This document shows, one piece after another, positions 11,301-33,355 of a stretch of DNA of 64,000 nt. Position numbers and translations under genes: made by a program. Positions within the stretch are counted from its first letter, which is position 1. Each line of letters starts with the position of its first letter. The stretch comes from Macrostomum lignano. Lineage: Eukaryota. The stretch is taken from NCBI GenBank assembly GCA_002269645.1, contig NIVC01001234.1:160872-224871 (forward strand), in the 5' to 3' direction. The notes beneath the pieces are model-generated. The model had not been told where the DNA came from. It made no database searches and saw only the letters and a program-made list of their open reading frames with translations.

Positions 11301-14300
11301 GCAGCTGACTCACCAGCTCCGGTCGCAGCGGCAAGTTCCGGTAGATGCCGAGGCGCCAGTTGTCACGAACGACTGCACCGTCGGGGAGCAGGCGAAATGT
11401 TCCCGTCAGCCCGGTGACATTTTTCTCCTGCAGAGTCTGTGGAAGGCATTAATAGAGCCTTTAAATGCACATACTGCTAATAGTAGTCAGGCTACCTTGC
11501 CTTAATCACTTTAGTCACAATAAATGAGCCAATGCACATGCGTGCCTGAATTGCTGTGCTTTCTTGGAAAGACGTACTCGCAGACCTCGCTTTTTCTCTT
11601 CCCATCATTCTCGCCTCTCTCTCTCCTTCTCGCCTTTCCCTCCTTCCCGCCTCTCTCCCTTCTCGCCTTTCCCTCCTTCTCGCCTCGCTCCCTCCTTCTC
11701 GCCTCTCTCTCTCCTTCTCGCCTCTCCCTCCTCGCCTCTCTCCCTCCTTCTCGCCTCTCCCTTCTTCTCGCCTCTCTCTCTCTCCTCGCCTCTCCCTCCT
11801 CGCCTCTCTCCCTCCTTCTTGAGGTGCCGGGCGTGTTTTGATGTACTGCACTGCACCTGACTCACCTGAGTCCAATTATGAGTAACTCTAACTAGCCAGC
11901 CAGCCTAACTAACCAAACCGGCCTACTCCGGTGTACGCTGCTCTGCGTACTTTTTCTCTCTCTCCCCCTTGACATGATAATATTCAGTAGTGATCGATTC
12001 TGAGTTTTAAGCCCACTTACTTGTTGTCTTTTAAGCCTATATATTGGTCTCGCCACCTACCACCTCGTATCTCACAATCATTGCAATAATTCGCTCATCT
12101 CAAATACACAACTTCGTACTTGACTCAAACCAAGCCCACGGGCGGCCTTGTCATCGTTTACTGGGCGCGACTTGACACTTCTCGCCTCTCCCTTCTTCTC
12201 GCCTCTCTCTCTCTCCTTCTCGCCTCTCTCTCTCTTCTCGCCTCTCTCCCTTCTTCTCGCCTCTCTCCCTCCTTTTCGCCTCTCCCTTCTTCTCGCCTCT
12301 CTCCCTTCTTCTCGCCTCTCTCTCTCCTTCTCGCCTCTCCCTCCTTCTCGCCTCTCTCTCTCTTCTCGCCTCTCTCCCTCATTCTCGCCTCTCTCCCTCC
12401 TTCTCGCCTCTCTCCCTCCTTCTCGCCTCTCCCTCCTTCTCGTCTCTCCCTTCTTCTCGCCTCTCTCCCTCCTTCTCGCCTCTCTCTCTCTCTCCTTCTC
12501 GCCTCTCTCTCTCCTTCTCGCCTCTCTCCCTCCTTCTCGCCTCTCCCTTCTTCTCGCCTCTCTCTCTCTCCTTCTCGCCTCTCCCTTCTTCTCGCCTCTC
12601 TCCCTTCTTCTCGCCTCTCTCTCTCTTCTTCTCGCCTCTCTCTCTCCTTCTTGCCTCTCTCCCTCCTTCTCGCCTCTCTCCCTTCTTCTCGCCTCTCTCT
12701 CTTCTTCTCGCCTCTCTCCCTTCTTCTCGCCTCTCTCCCTTCTTCTCGCCTCTCTCCCTTCTTCTCGCCCCTCTCCCCTCTCCTTCCGTCCATTCTCCAG
12801 ACCAGCCAATTCTAATCTTAATTCCATTCCCAGACTGTCGGACTCAGCTGAATTGATAATAAATGGTCTTACGCCATTGCCGCAGGCGAGCTGCCTGACG
12901 AACTCGGTCCACGCGCTGAGCAGGTCGTACAGCATCACGTGCTCCGTAGTTGGCAATTTGCGGCCCAATTCCTCAGTAAAAGGTCCGAACTCCATAGCAG
13001 TAACGTTGTCGGCCTCGTTGGCAAACACCAAAGACTCGGTGTCATTGCGCCGCTCGCTGCCCACCGCTAAGCCCTTTGAGGTTCGTGTGTGGTTCAACGA
13101 GACTTCTGTACAGTCTTGCAAGTTTTTCTGCACTCCGAATGCAAATTTTATTGAAATAGCAAGTCATGCCTCCGCTGACAGAACTTGCAACAATTGAGGG
13201 TTGTGAAAGAGCCTGGGTTGGGGTTGTCCGCACCAAGTTTTGTCTATGGTAAAACCCCCACTATGCTAAAGTTTGTGCGGACTTCAGCGGCATTTTGCTG
13301 TTTTTCGATCATTCTGTGAATGAACCTTCACAAAACGCGCACTTTCTTAATTTTATTGTAGGAACTTGAGAGGCCGACCATTTTGTCTATCATTACGATA
13401 GTGTTAAAGCTTGAAGTTTCTTATCTCGAAAAAGCCTGCCTTCAACTCCAAGTAAGGATATTTTGAAACGCTAAAGATGGTTTATTCTGGCCGAGCATCA
13501 AATCCGTCACGATCACCAGGTGATTTTATAAGCGACAGTCCCAGCTCAGTCTGCATGCCCCCGGTTGTCCCCCAAAGCCAACCTGAATCGCTCGCTGCAA
13601 TTTGATTCTTCAGAATAGCAGAAAGCGAAGACACTTTATTTACGCACAAATTTACCAACAGATAAAATCTCTCCTCCATTTGCCTGCGCGTTTTTTGCGA
13701 TTTTTTTGTGCTTTTCTACGCCAGCGAGTCCGTCAATCCAGTCTCCCAGCTTCATCGTAAACAGGCTGACAGGGGATGACAGCCGATTTCTCGGCGCTGA
13801 TTAAAGCCTCGATTTCCTCTTTTTTTAAGTAAAAGAAGACAAACAAAATTGTTTCTGCTTTTTTCTCTCCTGAACAGCCAGCCGGGCTCCTCAAATCTGA
13901 TGACACTTTGCCCTAACAAATCTCTCCAAGACAGATGAGGTCTGACAGGTGGATGCTGGAGAGTCATTTTCGCCTCCTTGGGGCTGCAGTGGCAAGAAAA
14001 ACATTTGTCCGGCTTTCTGTCGGCAACTGCGCGGCCGCATGAAGCCAGCTGCGCTCCTTGTGGCTCGGCTGCTTTTTGGGAACTATTGACTGATTTAAAT
14101 GTAATTTTGGAATCGGAGATTAGGAACTCACCAACTCCTCATTCAGAGTATCAGTCAGCTCATTGCAGCACCCTGATCACTGACAGTCCTTCTTCATCAG
14201 TCATCAGTGAATTCACTCATCCACTTGATTCATCCATCACTCCATTCATATATCACTATATTCACTCATCGCTGCATTTACTCATCATCACTGCATTCAC

Positions 14301-16347
14301 TTATCACTACATTCACTCTTCACAGCATCCATTCATCACTGCGTTCACTCATCATTACATTCACTCATTCCTACATTCACTCATCCCTACATTCACTCAC
14401 CATTGCATTCACTCGTCACTGCATTCACTCATCACTGCTTTCACTCATCACTACATTCACTCATCCTTACATTCACTCACCATTGCATTCACTCATTACC
14501 GCATCCCTCATCACTGCGTTCACTCATCACTACATTCACTCATCACTACATTCACTCATCACTACATTCACTCATCACTACATTCACTCATCACTACATT
14601 CACTCATCACTACACTCACTCATCACTACATTCACTCATCACTACATTCACTCATCACTACATTCACTCATCACTACATTCACTCATCACTACATTCACT
14701 CATCACTACATTCACTCATCACTACATTTACTCATCACTACATTCACTCATCACTACATTCACTCATCACTACATTCACTCATCAAGCCGGTCACTTTGC
14801 ATTAGCGGTGGCAGCAGAGCTGATCCTACCGTGTCAAACAGCAGCCATCGCTGCTGGGTTTCCCGCAGTCTGGTGCCAGCAGCAGCCTGCAGCAGCCGGT
14901 TCAGCAGCGGCCGCCCGGCCACCACCAGCAGCAGCCGGTCTGGCCTGAAGGGGTGCAGCAGGCGGTCCACAATCTCGGCGGCGTTGCTTCCGTCAACGTC
15001 CAGTCGGTGACAGTCGACGCCGCCTCCGCTGCCGGCGCCGCCGCCGTTGGGAAAGATCGGCGCCAGATCGCGCACCCGGTACGGCGCGCCGACAATCAGC
15101 GACGCCGAGGTGACGAGCTGCGTGGCCGCGGCTGCCAGCGCCAGTCCGGGCGCCAGCTGCAGCATCGGCGGCGACGGCGCAGCCACTGACGAGTGCCAGC
15201 GGAGCGAAGGCGGCGCCGCCGATCGCAGCATCCGACTCCAGGCACTGCGGCCCATATTGTCGGTGTTGTCCTCTGCATCGACAGCGAAGAGGAAGTTCGA
15301 ACTCGACAGCCGGTGGGCGTCTGGAAAGTTTTTGTTGTTTGGAGAAGGTCTGTGAGTTCCTTGGTGACTTTTTGCTCTGAGTTCCTAGCATTTATAGTGT
15401 CAAGGACGCTTAAGTCCCAAAAGTATTGGACTGACAAGGACATTGGACTGACAAGGACATTGGACTGACAAGGACATTGGACTGTCAAGGACATTGGACT
15501 GACAAGGACATTGGACTGACAAGGACATTGGACTGACAAGGACATTGGACTGACAAGGACATTGGACTGAAAAGGACATTGGACTGACAAGGACATTGGA
15601 CTGACAAGGACATTGGACTGACAAGGACATTGGACTGACAAGGACATTGGACTGACAAGGACATTGGACTGACAAGGACATTGGACTGACAAGGACATTG
15701 GACTGACAAGGACATTGGACTGACAAGGACATTGGACTGACAAGGACATTGGACTGACAAGGACATTGGACTGACAAGGACATTGGACTGACAAGGACAT
15801 TGGACTGACAAGGACATTGGACTGACAGGGACATTGGACTGACAAGGACATTGGACTGACAAGGACATTGGACTGACAAGGACATTGGACTGACAAGGAC
15901 ATTGGACTGACAAGGACATTGGACTGACAAGGACATTGGACTGACAAGGACATTGGACTGACAGGGACATTGGACTGACAAGGACATTAGACTGACAAGG
16001 ACGTTGGATTGGCAGGATTTTTTTGAAGAGAAAGTAGAATCAGGAAAATTGAAGCCCAGCTCGGATCAGAGGCAGTAGTTGATGGTCTTACAGGTGCAAA
16101 AAGTATTGATTCACACTAACTCAATTTCAGAGAATTTGAACTCAAAGTTTAGAATCTCAGGGAGACTCTCACAGGACTCCAGCAGCTCCAGGGGCGGCCA
16201 CTTTGGCAGCGGGAATTCTTCGAATGTCAGAGCCGCATGCGCGGCGGCGGGACACGAGCTGCGCAGTTTGGACTCGAACAGGTCTTTGTACAGGCCGCTC
16301 AGGTCCGCTGCCACCCCGGCCCGGGTCCAGAACACGGCTGCAATCAT
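5305..16347 (-). CDS. Divergent ionotropic glutamate receptor / IR-like subunit, paralog 2. Exons (minus): ~16347-~16120 (boundaries uncertain), 15349-14830, 13127-12873, 11436-11314, 11187-11068, 10666-10547, 10324-9920, 7537-7009 (one frameshift near 7397), 5644-5305
   Basis: Exon-by-exon similarity to paralog 1 ([50 protein letters not shown] in both); GRADIAC in S1, M3 [16 protein letters not shown]2 FGTLANSS...ALVYD...LGLALP, M4 [28 protein letters not shown]. Confidence 0.85.
6000..6110 (+). mobile_element. Possible second tRNA-derived SINE fragment
   Basis: A-box-like TACTCAGTGG (6008-6017) and B-box GGTTCGATTC (6057-6066); the following 28 bp (6082-6109) recur with 2 mismatches at 57552-57579. 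Confidence 0.35.
7755..9770 (+). mobile_element. Decayed Ty3/Gypsy internal fragment (gag, RT, start of RNase H), antisense within an intron of receptor paralog 2
   Basis: [47 protein letters not shown] knuckle [60 protein letters not shown]; many stops and frameshifts; no LTR seen. Confidence 0.85.
9341..9443 (-). mobile_element. 103-bp 3' end of a non-LTR retrotransposon inserted in the decayed Gypsy
   Basis: 13-bp direct repeat CGCTGTCAGAGAA at 9328-9340 and 9444-9456; minus strand reads ...[12 protein letters not shown]-stop followed by the tail GTCAAGTAAGTCAAG. Confidence 0.65.
10850..11050. repeat. CT-rich minisatellite (CCTCTCCTCGCTTCTCTCCA-like)
   Basis: Imperfect tandem units visible directly; intronic. 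Confidence 0.8.
11590..11820. repeat. CT-rich minisatellite (~19-20 bp, CTCGCCTCTCTCCCTCCTT)
   Basis: Tandem units; same family as 12175-12790. Confidence 0.85.
12175..12790. repeat. CT-rich minisatellite (~19-21 bp, CTCGCCTCTCTCCCTTCTT)
   Basis: About 30 imperfect tandem units; source of the spurious S/L/P- and R/E-rich ORFs. Confidence 0.9.
14200..14782. repeat. 16-bp minisatellite CATTCACTCATCACTA
   Basis: Near-perfect units 14520-14782, degenerate toward 14200. Confidence 0.9.
15425..16005. repeat. 17-bp minisatellite GACTGACAAGGACATTG, about 34 copies
   Basis: Highly homogeneous head-to-tail array; 17-aa periodicity in ORF track equals 3 units. Confidence 0.95.
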
Positions 16348-16970
16348 GGCGGTGGTGTTGTACAGGAAGAGAATCACTCCAGTTTAAAATAGCAGTCAAT
16401 TTCTGGATAGCAGCGCTGCTCACCGAACGAATAGTTGGCCGCGCCCTGTGATGAGGCTGCCAAGGCAATGATGACGGCAATGCTGCCTAAGAGAGATCGC
16501 GACTTTGCCATCTGGAATTGTGATTTGATTTTTATTTCCGTTCAAAAAGCATCGAATCCTTCGGCTAATTTGTCTTAATTGTGCTTGTTCTTATAGGTGA
16601 CGAGGGAGAGAGAGAGACAGAAACGGAGGGGTTGACAGTGAGAGCGAGTACATCTCTAGCTCACAGCTCAAGCTCTCAACTCAAGCCAGACAATGGAGCA
16701 GGCAGACAATAGGCAGTGCAGAGATCAGCCTCAGGCTCAGAGACTGGCGCACAAGAAGGAGCTGGGGGCGAGCGGCCAAATCCATGATTTCCAGCTCTCA
16801 AAGAGCGTTTTTGGTTGCGGCTGCACATCCAGGTTGTTTCTGCTTCAAGAGGCAGCAAAACTTTGATTGTCAATCTCTGCCAGGTAGTTACAACCGGCCC
16901 TGAATTTTTCATTGACCCCATGGGAGCGCATAGAGAAGACTATTTTTCCATTGCCAGTGCCAACTAGTCG

Positions 16971-17066
16971 CAGTTGTGAATGCTGATATCTAGCCAGTTG
17001 TGAATGCTGATATCTAGCCAGTTGTGAATGCTGATATCTAGCCAGTTGTGAATGCTGATATCTAGC
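16971..17066. repeat. Four perfect copies of 24-bp CAGTTGTGAATGCTGATATCTAGC
   Basis: Units at 16971, 16995, 17019, 17043; no spacers. Confidence 0.95.
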
Positions 17067-17716
17067 CAAACCGTACAGGCCTACTAAAAGAAAGCCGAAA
17101 GGCAAACATCGGCTTAGGAATGTTTAAACTGTAATTTGCGCTCAATTGAGCAGCTCGGCCCCCGTCAGGCGGAGGACGGGGATGGCTGCCGGGATCAGCT
17201 GGGATCGGGGCGAGAGCGGGAGGGGCAGAGCGTGACTCGAGAAGCTCAAGAAGGGGGAATAAATAAGGGAGAAAGGCGGGGGATAATGATACAGTGGCAT
17301 CCTCAATCCTGATTACAGCGCGCCTGTCTGTTAATTCGTTTGAATCAGTCAGATGCGGCAGTAAGGCAGTAAAAGGTAAATCATGCGGTGAGCTTGAGGA
17401 GTTGTGAGATGACGGGGAGAGGCAGAGAAAAAATTAAAACATCCCATTAAGCTGGGCCTGTTGGGATGGGGAGTCTCTCCGTTTGGCTATTCATTACTGA
17501 GCGGAGTGAAGCCCCAGCCATTAATCACTGCTCACGGTCGATATCCCCTGGCGATCAGCCCCCCTCCCCAACAACCCCTGGGACTTCGGTCTGAGCCTCC
17601 TCTCTTCCCCATATCTATTTTTGAAGATCGCCCGGCCCCTCAATTCTGCGTCTCTCTAACTTTGTTGTGCGCTCGCAATGTCAATTCACGATGCTCGCTT
17701 CGATTGCTCTTCTAGA

Positions 17717-18085
17717 GTCACTGTCACTGTCACTGTCCCCGTCACTGTCCCTGTCACCGTCACTGTCACTGTCACTGTCACTGTCACTGTCACTGTCACT
17801 GTCACTGTCACTGTCACTGTCCCCGTCACTGTCCCTGTCACTGTCACTGTCACTGTCACTGTCACTGTCACTGTCACTGTCACTGTCACTGTCACTGTCC
17901 CCGTCACTGTTCCTGTCACTGTCACTGTCACTGTCACTGTCACTGTCACTGTCACTGTCACTGTCACTGTCACTGTCACTGTCACTGTTACTGTTACTGC
18001 CACTGTTATTGTTGCTGCTATTGTCACTGTTATTGTCACTGTTACTGTCACTGTTACTGTTACTGTCACTGTTACTGTCACTGTC
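17717..18085. repeat. (GTCACT)n hexanucleotide microsatellite
   Basis: Direct reading; degenerates on to about 18230. Confidence 0.95.
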
Positions 18086-19279
18086 AAAGTGTCCCTCTCA
18101 GTTCCACTATTAATGTCACTCTTTGAGTCACTCTCAGTATCACTGACTGGCACACTCAGTGTCACTCTCAGAGTCACTCTCAATATCACTCTCAGTGTCA
18201 CACCCAGCGTCACTCTCAATGACAGCCATTGGTTTTCTGGTTACTGCTTCCTCTGTTTCTCCCTTTTCCTTCCTCCCCATTGCTGCAGTTGCCAATTCCA
18301 GGAAATCCTCTCTGCGCCCCAACCGCCCGCCATTGCCTCCCGTCACGGATTTCAAAGAGGTGTAAAATTATTGTTGGTGCAAAAAGCCGATCTGCATTCT
18401 TTATGACGAAGGTGATTGAACCGCGGCTGAGCAGCGCGATGCGGCACACCTGGAGGCTGGTCAGGTGTAAGAAAAGCATTTTGATGTCTCTGGCCAGATG
18501 CTCGATCCCCCCAATCGGCAAGGTGGCTCTCCAACCCATCGACTCTTTTTTATTAATCCACTTAAGAGCCGCCCGCCGCGCCGCTCCCGAGGAACCCCTG
18601 CCTCCGGTCGCACTTTACACAGAAAACGTTTTAGTCCCCAGCCCAAATTGGTCAGTTTTTTGGCCTCCTTGACACTTGAATGCTGGCGATAAAAATGATA
18701 CAATGCCCCCGCCAAGTGGCACCCATCGCTTCACATTCAGATACTGTCTTCAACTTATCCGTCTCTACAGTCAACAGGTTATGCAAATGGGGGATATTTA
18801 GTAGCAGAGAAATTCTGGGAAACTAAACAGCCGTCCTCAGGCCCCCAGCAACCCGGGAAATCAAAGACGCCTCTTTCAGAATCTGCGAACTTCCACAACT
18901 GCCCGACCTCCGCAGTTCCGCGGCGCGGCAGCTGACGCGTTGCAGATATTGCGGAACAACAGGGCTCGGACTTCCCCTCACTGAAGGTAAAACGATGATG
19001 ATGACGCCACCTCAATCCCCAATTCAATTCCTGGGTTAAAATTCTAAATGCAGATTTTGTCAGCCAAGTTGTAAGCCATGGTTGCATCACGGCCGGGCCT
19101 GGGCTGGCAACACGGCCGATTCACTGGGGAGTTCCACTCGGCTTCTGGGACTCGGCTCCGCAGCTGTCCTGATGCATCACGCGGCCATTAAATAAACTTT
19201 GTCCGCTCTTGTCGTTACCTGTCCATCCTGCAGTCCCAACTGCTGTCAGATCTTCTGTCATGTCTCTTCTATACTGTCT

Positions 19280-19870
19280 CCGATCCCGTCTCTTCCATCC
19301 CGTCTTTCCCATCCCATCTCTCCCATCCCGTCTCTTCTATCCTGTCTCCGATCCCGTCTCTTCCATCCCGTCTTTCCCATCCCATCTCTCCCATCCCGTC
19401 TCTTCTATCCTGTCTCCGATCCCGTCTCTTCCATCCCGTCTTTCCCATCCCGTCTCTCCCATCCCGTCTCTTCTATCCTGTCTCCCATCCCGTCTCTCCC
19501 ATCCCGTCTCTTCTATCCTGTCTCCCATCCCGTCTCTTCCATCCCGTCTCTCCCATCCTGTCTCTCCCATCCCGTCTCTTCCATCTCGTCTCTCCCATCC
19601 TGTCTCTTCCTTCCTGTCTCTTCCATCCCGTCTCTTCCATCCCGTCTCTTCCATCCCGTCTCTTCCATCCCGTCTCTTCCATCTCATCTCTCCCATCCCG
19701 TCTCTCCCATCCCGTCTCTCCCATCCCGCCTCTCCCATCCCATCTCTCCCATCTCATCTCTCCCATCCCGTCTCTCCCATCCCGCCTCTCCCATCCCATC
19801 TCTCCCATCTCATCTCTCCCATCCCATCTCTCCCATCTCATCTCTCCCATCCCATCTCTCCCATCTTATT
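19280..19870. repeat. CT-rich minisatellite (~14 bp, CCCATCCCGTCTCT)
   Basis: Tandem imperfect units. Confidence 0.9.
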
Positions 19871-22149
19871 TCTCCTATATTTCATGCCTCTCACCCTCTA
19901 TCGCAAGCATTATTCTGGACCCCCATTATTAATTTCGCTCTGCTCAGCTGCTTTCATTGACTTGCTACTTGTAGATTTACCGGCAGAGTGGTTCTCAATC
20001 TGACCTGTTGTGCCCTCAGTTGTCTGCTCAACCAACTCTGCAGGTGCTCAATTCCATTCAGCCGGAGTCAAGAGGGCCGCTTGGAGAGGACAGCCTGAAG
20101 GGGCCACTCAGCAGTCCGGGCCGCCTGTCTGGCTCCCACTGCAGCTCCCCTCCGACCCGCGTGACCCCTCAGTCCGGTGACAAGCATTGACTCCGCTGCT
20201 GCTCCGAGCTTTTCCAACTGTTTGAATTTCGGAGGCAGCGCTGCTCAGGCGATTTCAGCCGCGTATGCAGACTCCGCCAAAGCCTCATCGTATGACAAAT
20301 GGCTCGCGATAGCGCCTGAAGAGGCTGGCTAATGATGAAGGGCGGGCTTCGTGGGATTATCGAAAGGAGCGGCGGATGAGGCAGAGAGAGAGAGAAAAAA
20401 GACAAATTTGCGAATAGGTTGGAATTAATAATTCAGTTTATTGGCGAATCCATTTCGGCCTGGCGCTCCGGTCTCCGCCCGATTCCCCAATCAATTATCG
20501 CCAGGTAGGCAGCCCCCCCCCCCAACAAGACGGGCTTCATCCGATTAGGAGGCTGAAAGATTTCCTGATATCCGCTCGATCCCACCTGGGGCTTGGGATC
20601 TAGATGAGAATGAGGATAAATCTGTAGTGAGAAAGAGAGAGAAGAGGAGAGGTGAGAGCGGAGAAAGGAGGGAGGAGGGAGGGGAGAGGAGAGATCAGAA
20701 TCCAGGGAAGCGTCACCAAGGAAGCTCGCGCAAACACCGGGGATTTGACGGGCATTCGCAGATTTTATCCTACGATCTAATTATGCTATGGTTGCTCTGC
20801 CCCTCTCCGCAGTCGCAATATCTAGATTCCTGCAGGCCCGGCTGCCAGGTCGGGCGGCTGCTTTGCAGTGAAATTTATGAACCCAAGCCGCTCCCCGCCA
20901 GGCCTCTCCTCTGTTCCTGCAGATTCCCGGAACGACAGTTGCGAATTGGCACTCAGTTGATGGACAGGTGAGATAGCGGCTGTCAATTGCGGCAGAATCC
21001 CGGATATAAACTGAAAGTCCGCGCCCAGCCCCATTGCTTCAATCTGCGTTGGGATTCATTGATTAGCCAGGGAAATCGAAAGCACCTGTTCGAAGTTTTC
21101 CTGTGCTACATCTCCCCCTCCCAGCTGCCTCATGCGGAACTGCGGGTCCCCTGCCTGTGCTATCGAAGAGTTTGACGGCCTCGCTGTGACAGCAGATGAC
21201 GCGCCGCGCATGGCTCGAATCTCAATAAATCAAGTTTGAAATGCCGATGAGGAGTAATTGTAAACTCTGTTTCGCTCAGGTGTTTAATAATGCCCAGTGC
21301 GTCCTGACTGAATTTCTGGGCTGCTCGAGGCCGCCACCTGCCAATCTGAGGACCGCAGAGCCGGAGTGGGCGAGCGGGAAGAAGATGGACACGGAAGACT
21401 GCGCTCGCCGAAGCCTGGGGATTAGGCACCTGGACACCCCGGCCTCTTTATTGAAGCCCCTACTCACGCGGTGGGATATTGGGGGTGAGGATTCCGCGCG
21501 TGCGAGATGGGATATCAAAGTGTTTTGAGTTTGAGTGCGGGGAGCGAGTAGCGGCAGTGCGGTGGGCAAAATCCAATTGCGGCACTTGTCGGTGGGAATC
21601 GGGAAGTGGGGGACGCTGGCAGGATTCGCCACCTTCAAAGCTGATGGAGAGAAGTGGATGCTGGCCCCATTCCCAACTCATCCTCCGCGGTCCATTAAGG
21701 AATTGAGGGGACAGGCTTTGGGATTTCGATCGGCGGGCTTACGGCGGGAGACAGAGCTGAAGGAGAGAATTTTTGAGTAAGCAGAGACCCCCCCCCCCGA
21801 TTTTATTGAATCCGATCGATGGCCGATCAATGCCGGGTTGGAATGACGGGTGGAGTGCGGCAGCCGGGCTGAGACAGCTCAGCTTTGCCGGCCAAGTCTG
21901 AAGTGATGCATTTTGAATCTGCACTCAGGGCCTCAAGCATGAGAATGAGAGCTGGCATGAGAATACTCAGCTCGTATTCTTGGGAGCATTGTTCGGAGTC
22001 AACATGGAGGAGACTCTCTCTGAAAGCTGTGTTGACTTTTAAAGCGCAAGAAGCCTCGCAGAGACTACAGAACTTGAACTAATAATATAATCATCATATA
22101 ATCAGGTAAATTGGCTCGCTTAGCAAGTAAGATGAAAAGAAGTTTCCCC

Positions 22150-22312
22150 AGACACCCTCAATTACCCCAGCTAATGCTGACACCAATTTTACAGCTGGGT
22201 GAACTGAAGCAATGCGGAGTTTAGCTTCTTGCTCAAGGACACCAATTGGTCCAGTGGGATGGGAATCGAACCCCCGCACCTTCAAGTCGTTAGTCCGACA
22301 CTAGTCTACAAT
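22150..22312 (-). mobile_element. tRNA/CORE-like SINE copy lacking the 3' part
   Basis: Reverse complement contains the tRNA head (GGGGGTTCGATTCCC) and GTGTCCTTGAGCAAG...CAGTTCACCCAGCTGTAAAA matching 47463-47640. Confidence 0.75.
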
Positions 22313-23629
22313 CCGCTTGAACTAACTTCAGGGTAATTTGTATTTTCTAAAGGACTAGTCCAAGCAATGGATTGCAGGACATTGTCAATAGTATGAGAAA
22401 TGCGTAGACTCTGCAGCCGTGTTTATCAGTCTGCTAAGCTCATAACTGGCATCGCCGACGCCAACATTCGAAGACTGATGCGAGGCCAAAACCAAAATTC
22501 ACTCCGCTAGGGCTGCGGGAGCTGCTGCAAAACAGTGCGCAGCCTGCGAGCGTACAGACCGCCAATTAGCCTTCCCTGTTAATGAAAACTGAAGTTCAAT
22601 TCCCTGCGGGCCGCTCTCTGCCCCCATCTCCCCCCTCTCTCTTCCCTCTTCCCTCACAAAGAAAAATTGCTAAATTGTCAAATCCCAACATGTGGCGCGA
22701 CAGGATCACGGCAGAATCTTCCCTTTCCACTTCGATAGCTTTCCCTTCCTGCCCGGCCTGCCCGCCAATGGCCGGCCGCCGGAGGCTGGGGAATGGCGGT
22801 TAAAGCAGCGCCGGCTATCAGCCTCATCATCCATCCAGATCCCATTCCAGTCTCCTCAGCCCGACTCAGCGCCTCCCCAGCCTCCCAGGCCCAATCGCCG
22901 ATTGCCGCATTCCATCGGGCCGCCCGCCTCAGCCTCCGCCGCATCGCATTCAATTTATATCCCCCTTCATCTGCGCCCCGGGAACGCCGCATCTGAACAG
23001 CCAGCTTCGCGAATCCCGCAGCCGGACAGCCAGATTCGAACCGCCCACCGACAATCTGCAAAAAACGCACAGGTAAGGAGAAATCAGGAATCTTCTATTC
23101 GGGTGGGACATCAATTAAGCGGTGATAAATTTTATTCCCCAATAGTAAAATCCCCGCGGTTGCGCAGTTCTTCATTGCATCGGTGGAGTAGAAAAACTTT
23201 GCTCTTTTGGACGCTGCCGGCTTTCTGTTATTTCTCGCGATGAAGTTAATTATGGCTCTGCCGGCTCTCCGTCTGATTCTCCGCCCCGCTTCCTACCGGC
23301 GGCCGGACCTGCCGTCTCCCCATGGGGATAATTCCGGCTAGGGGGAACGATACGGGGGGAATTATATTGTTTTTTATAGACAGATTTTTCGGACTGCCTC
23401 GAATTTGCCGCTGAGCGAAGGAGGGCGGGAGGTGAAAATTGGTGGAACAGAAAAAAATACGAGCTTCTCCGTGTCTCCGGGCGCCTCGATGACTCATCGC
23501 CTGGCACCGAAAATAAGTCTAGGGACCAAATTTCTTTAAGGGGGTGATGACCCGGCCCCATAAAACCTCCGGTTTGCATAGCGCAGCATAATAACTGACT
23601 GCCCTCTCCGCTGCCAACTCCTCGCAGTC

Positions 23630-33355
<9,726 letters not shown>

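Noticed and set aside
12078-13197. Long R/E-rich and S/L/P-rich ORFs, and similar ORFs at 13978-15010, 15096-15987, 17667-18406, 19199-20003, 53393-54070, 54337-55827, 58534-60696 and 60858-61475
   Set aside because: Stop-free translations of tandem repeats; the real receptor exon within 12078-13133 ends at a GTAAGA donor at 12872.
15425-17066. 17-bp and 24-bp repeat arrays (also 31548-31990 and 58560-60640) as CRISPR arrays
   Set aside because: Head-to-tail units with no unique spacers, no cas genes, eukaryotic intronic context.
16500-23600. Many 60-180 aa ORFs upstream of ARID3 and within its first intron
   Set aside because: No homology-like motifs or coherent splice structure; more likely regulatory non-coding DNA, but I cannot support specific enhancer calls.
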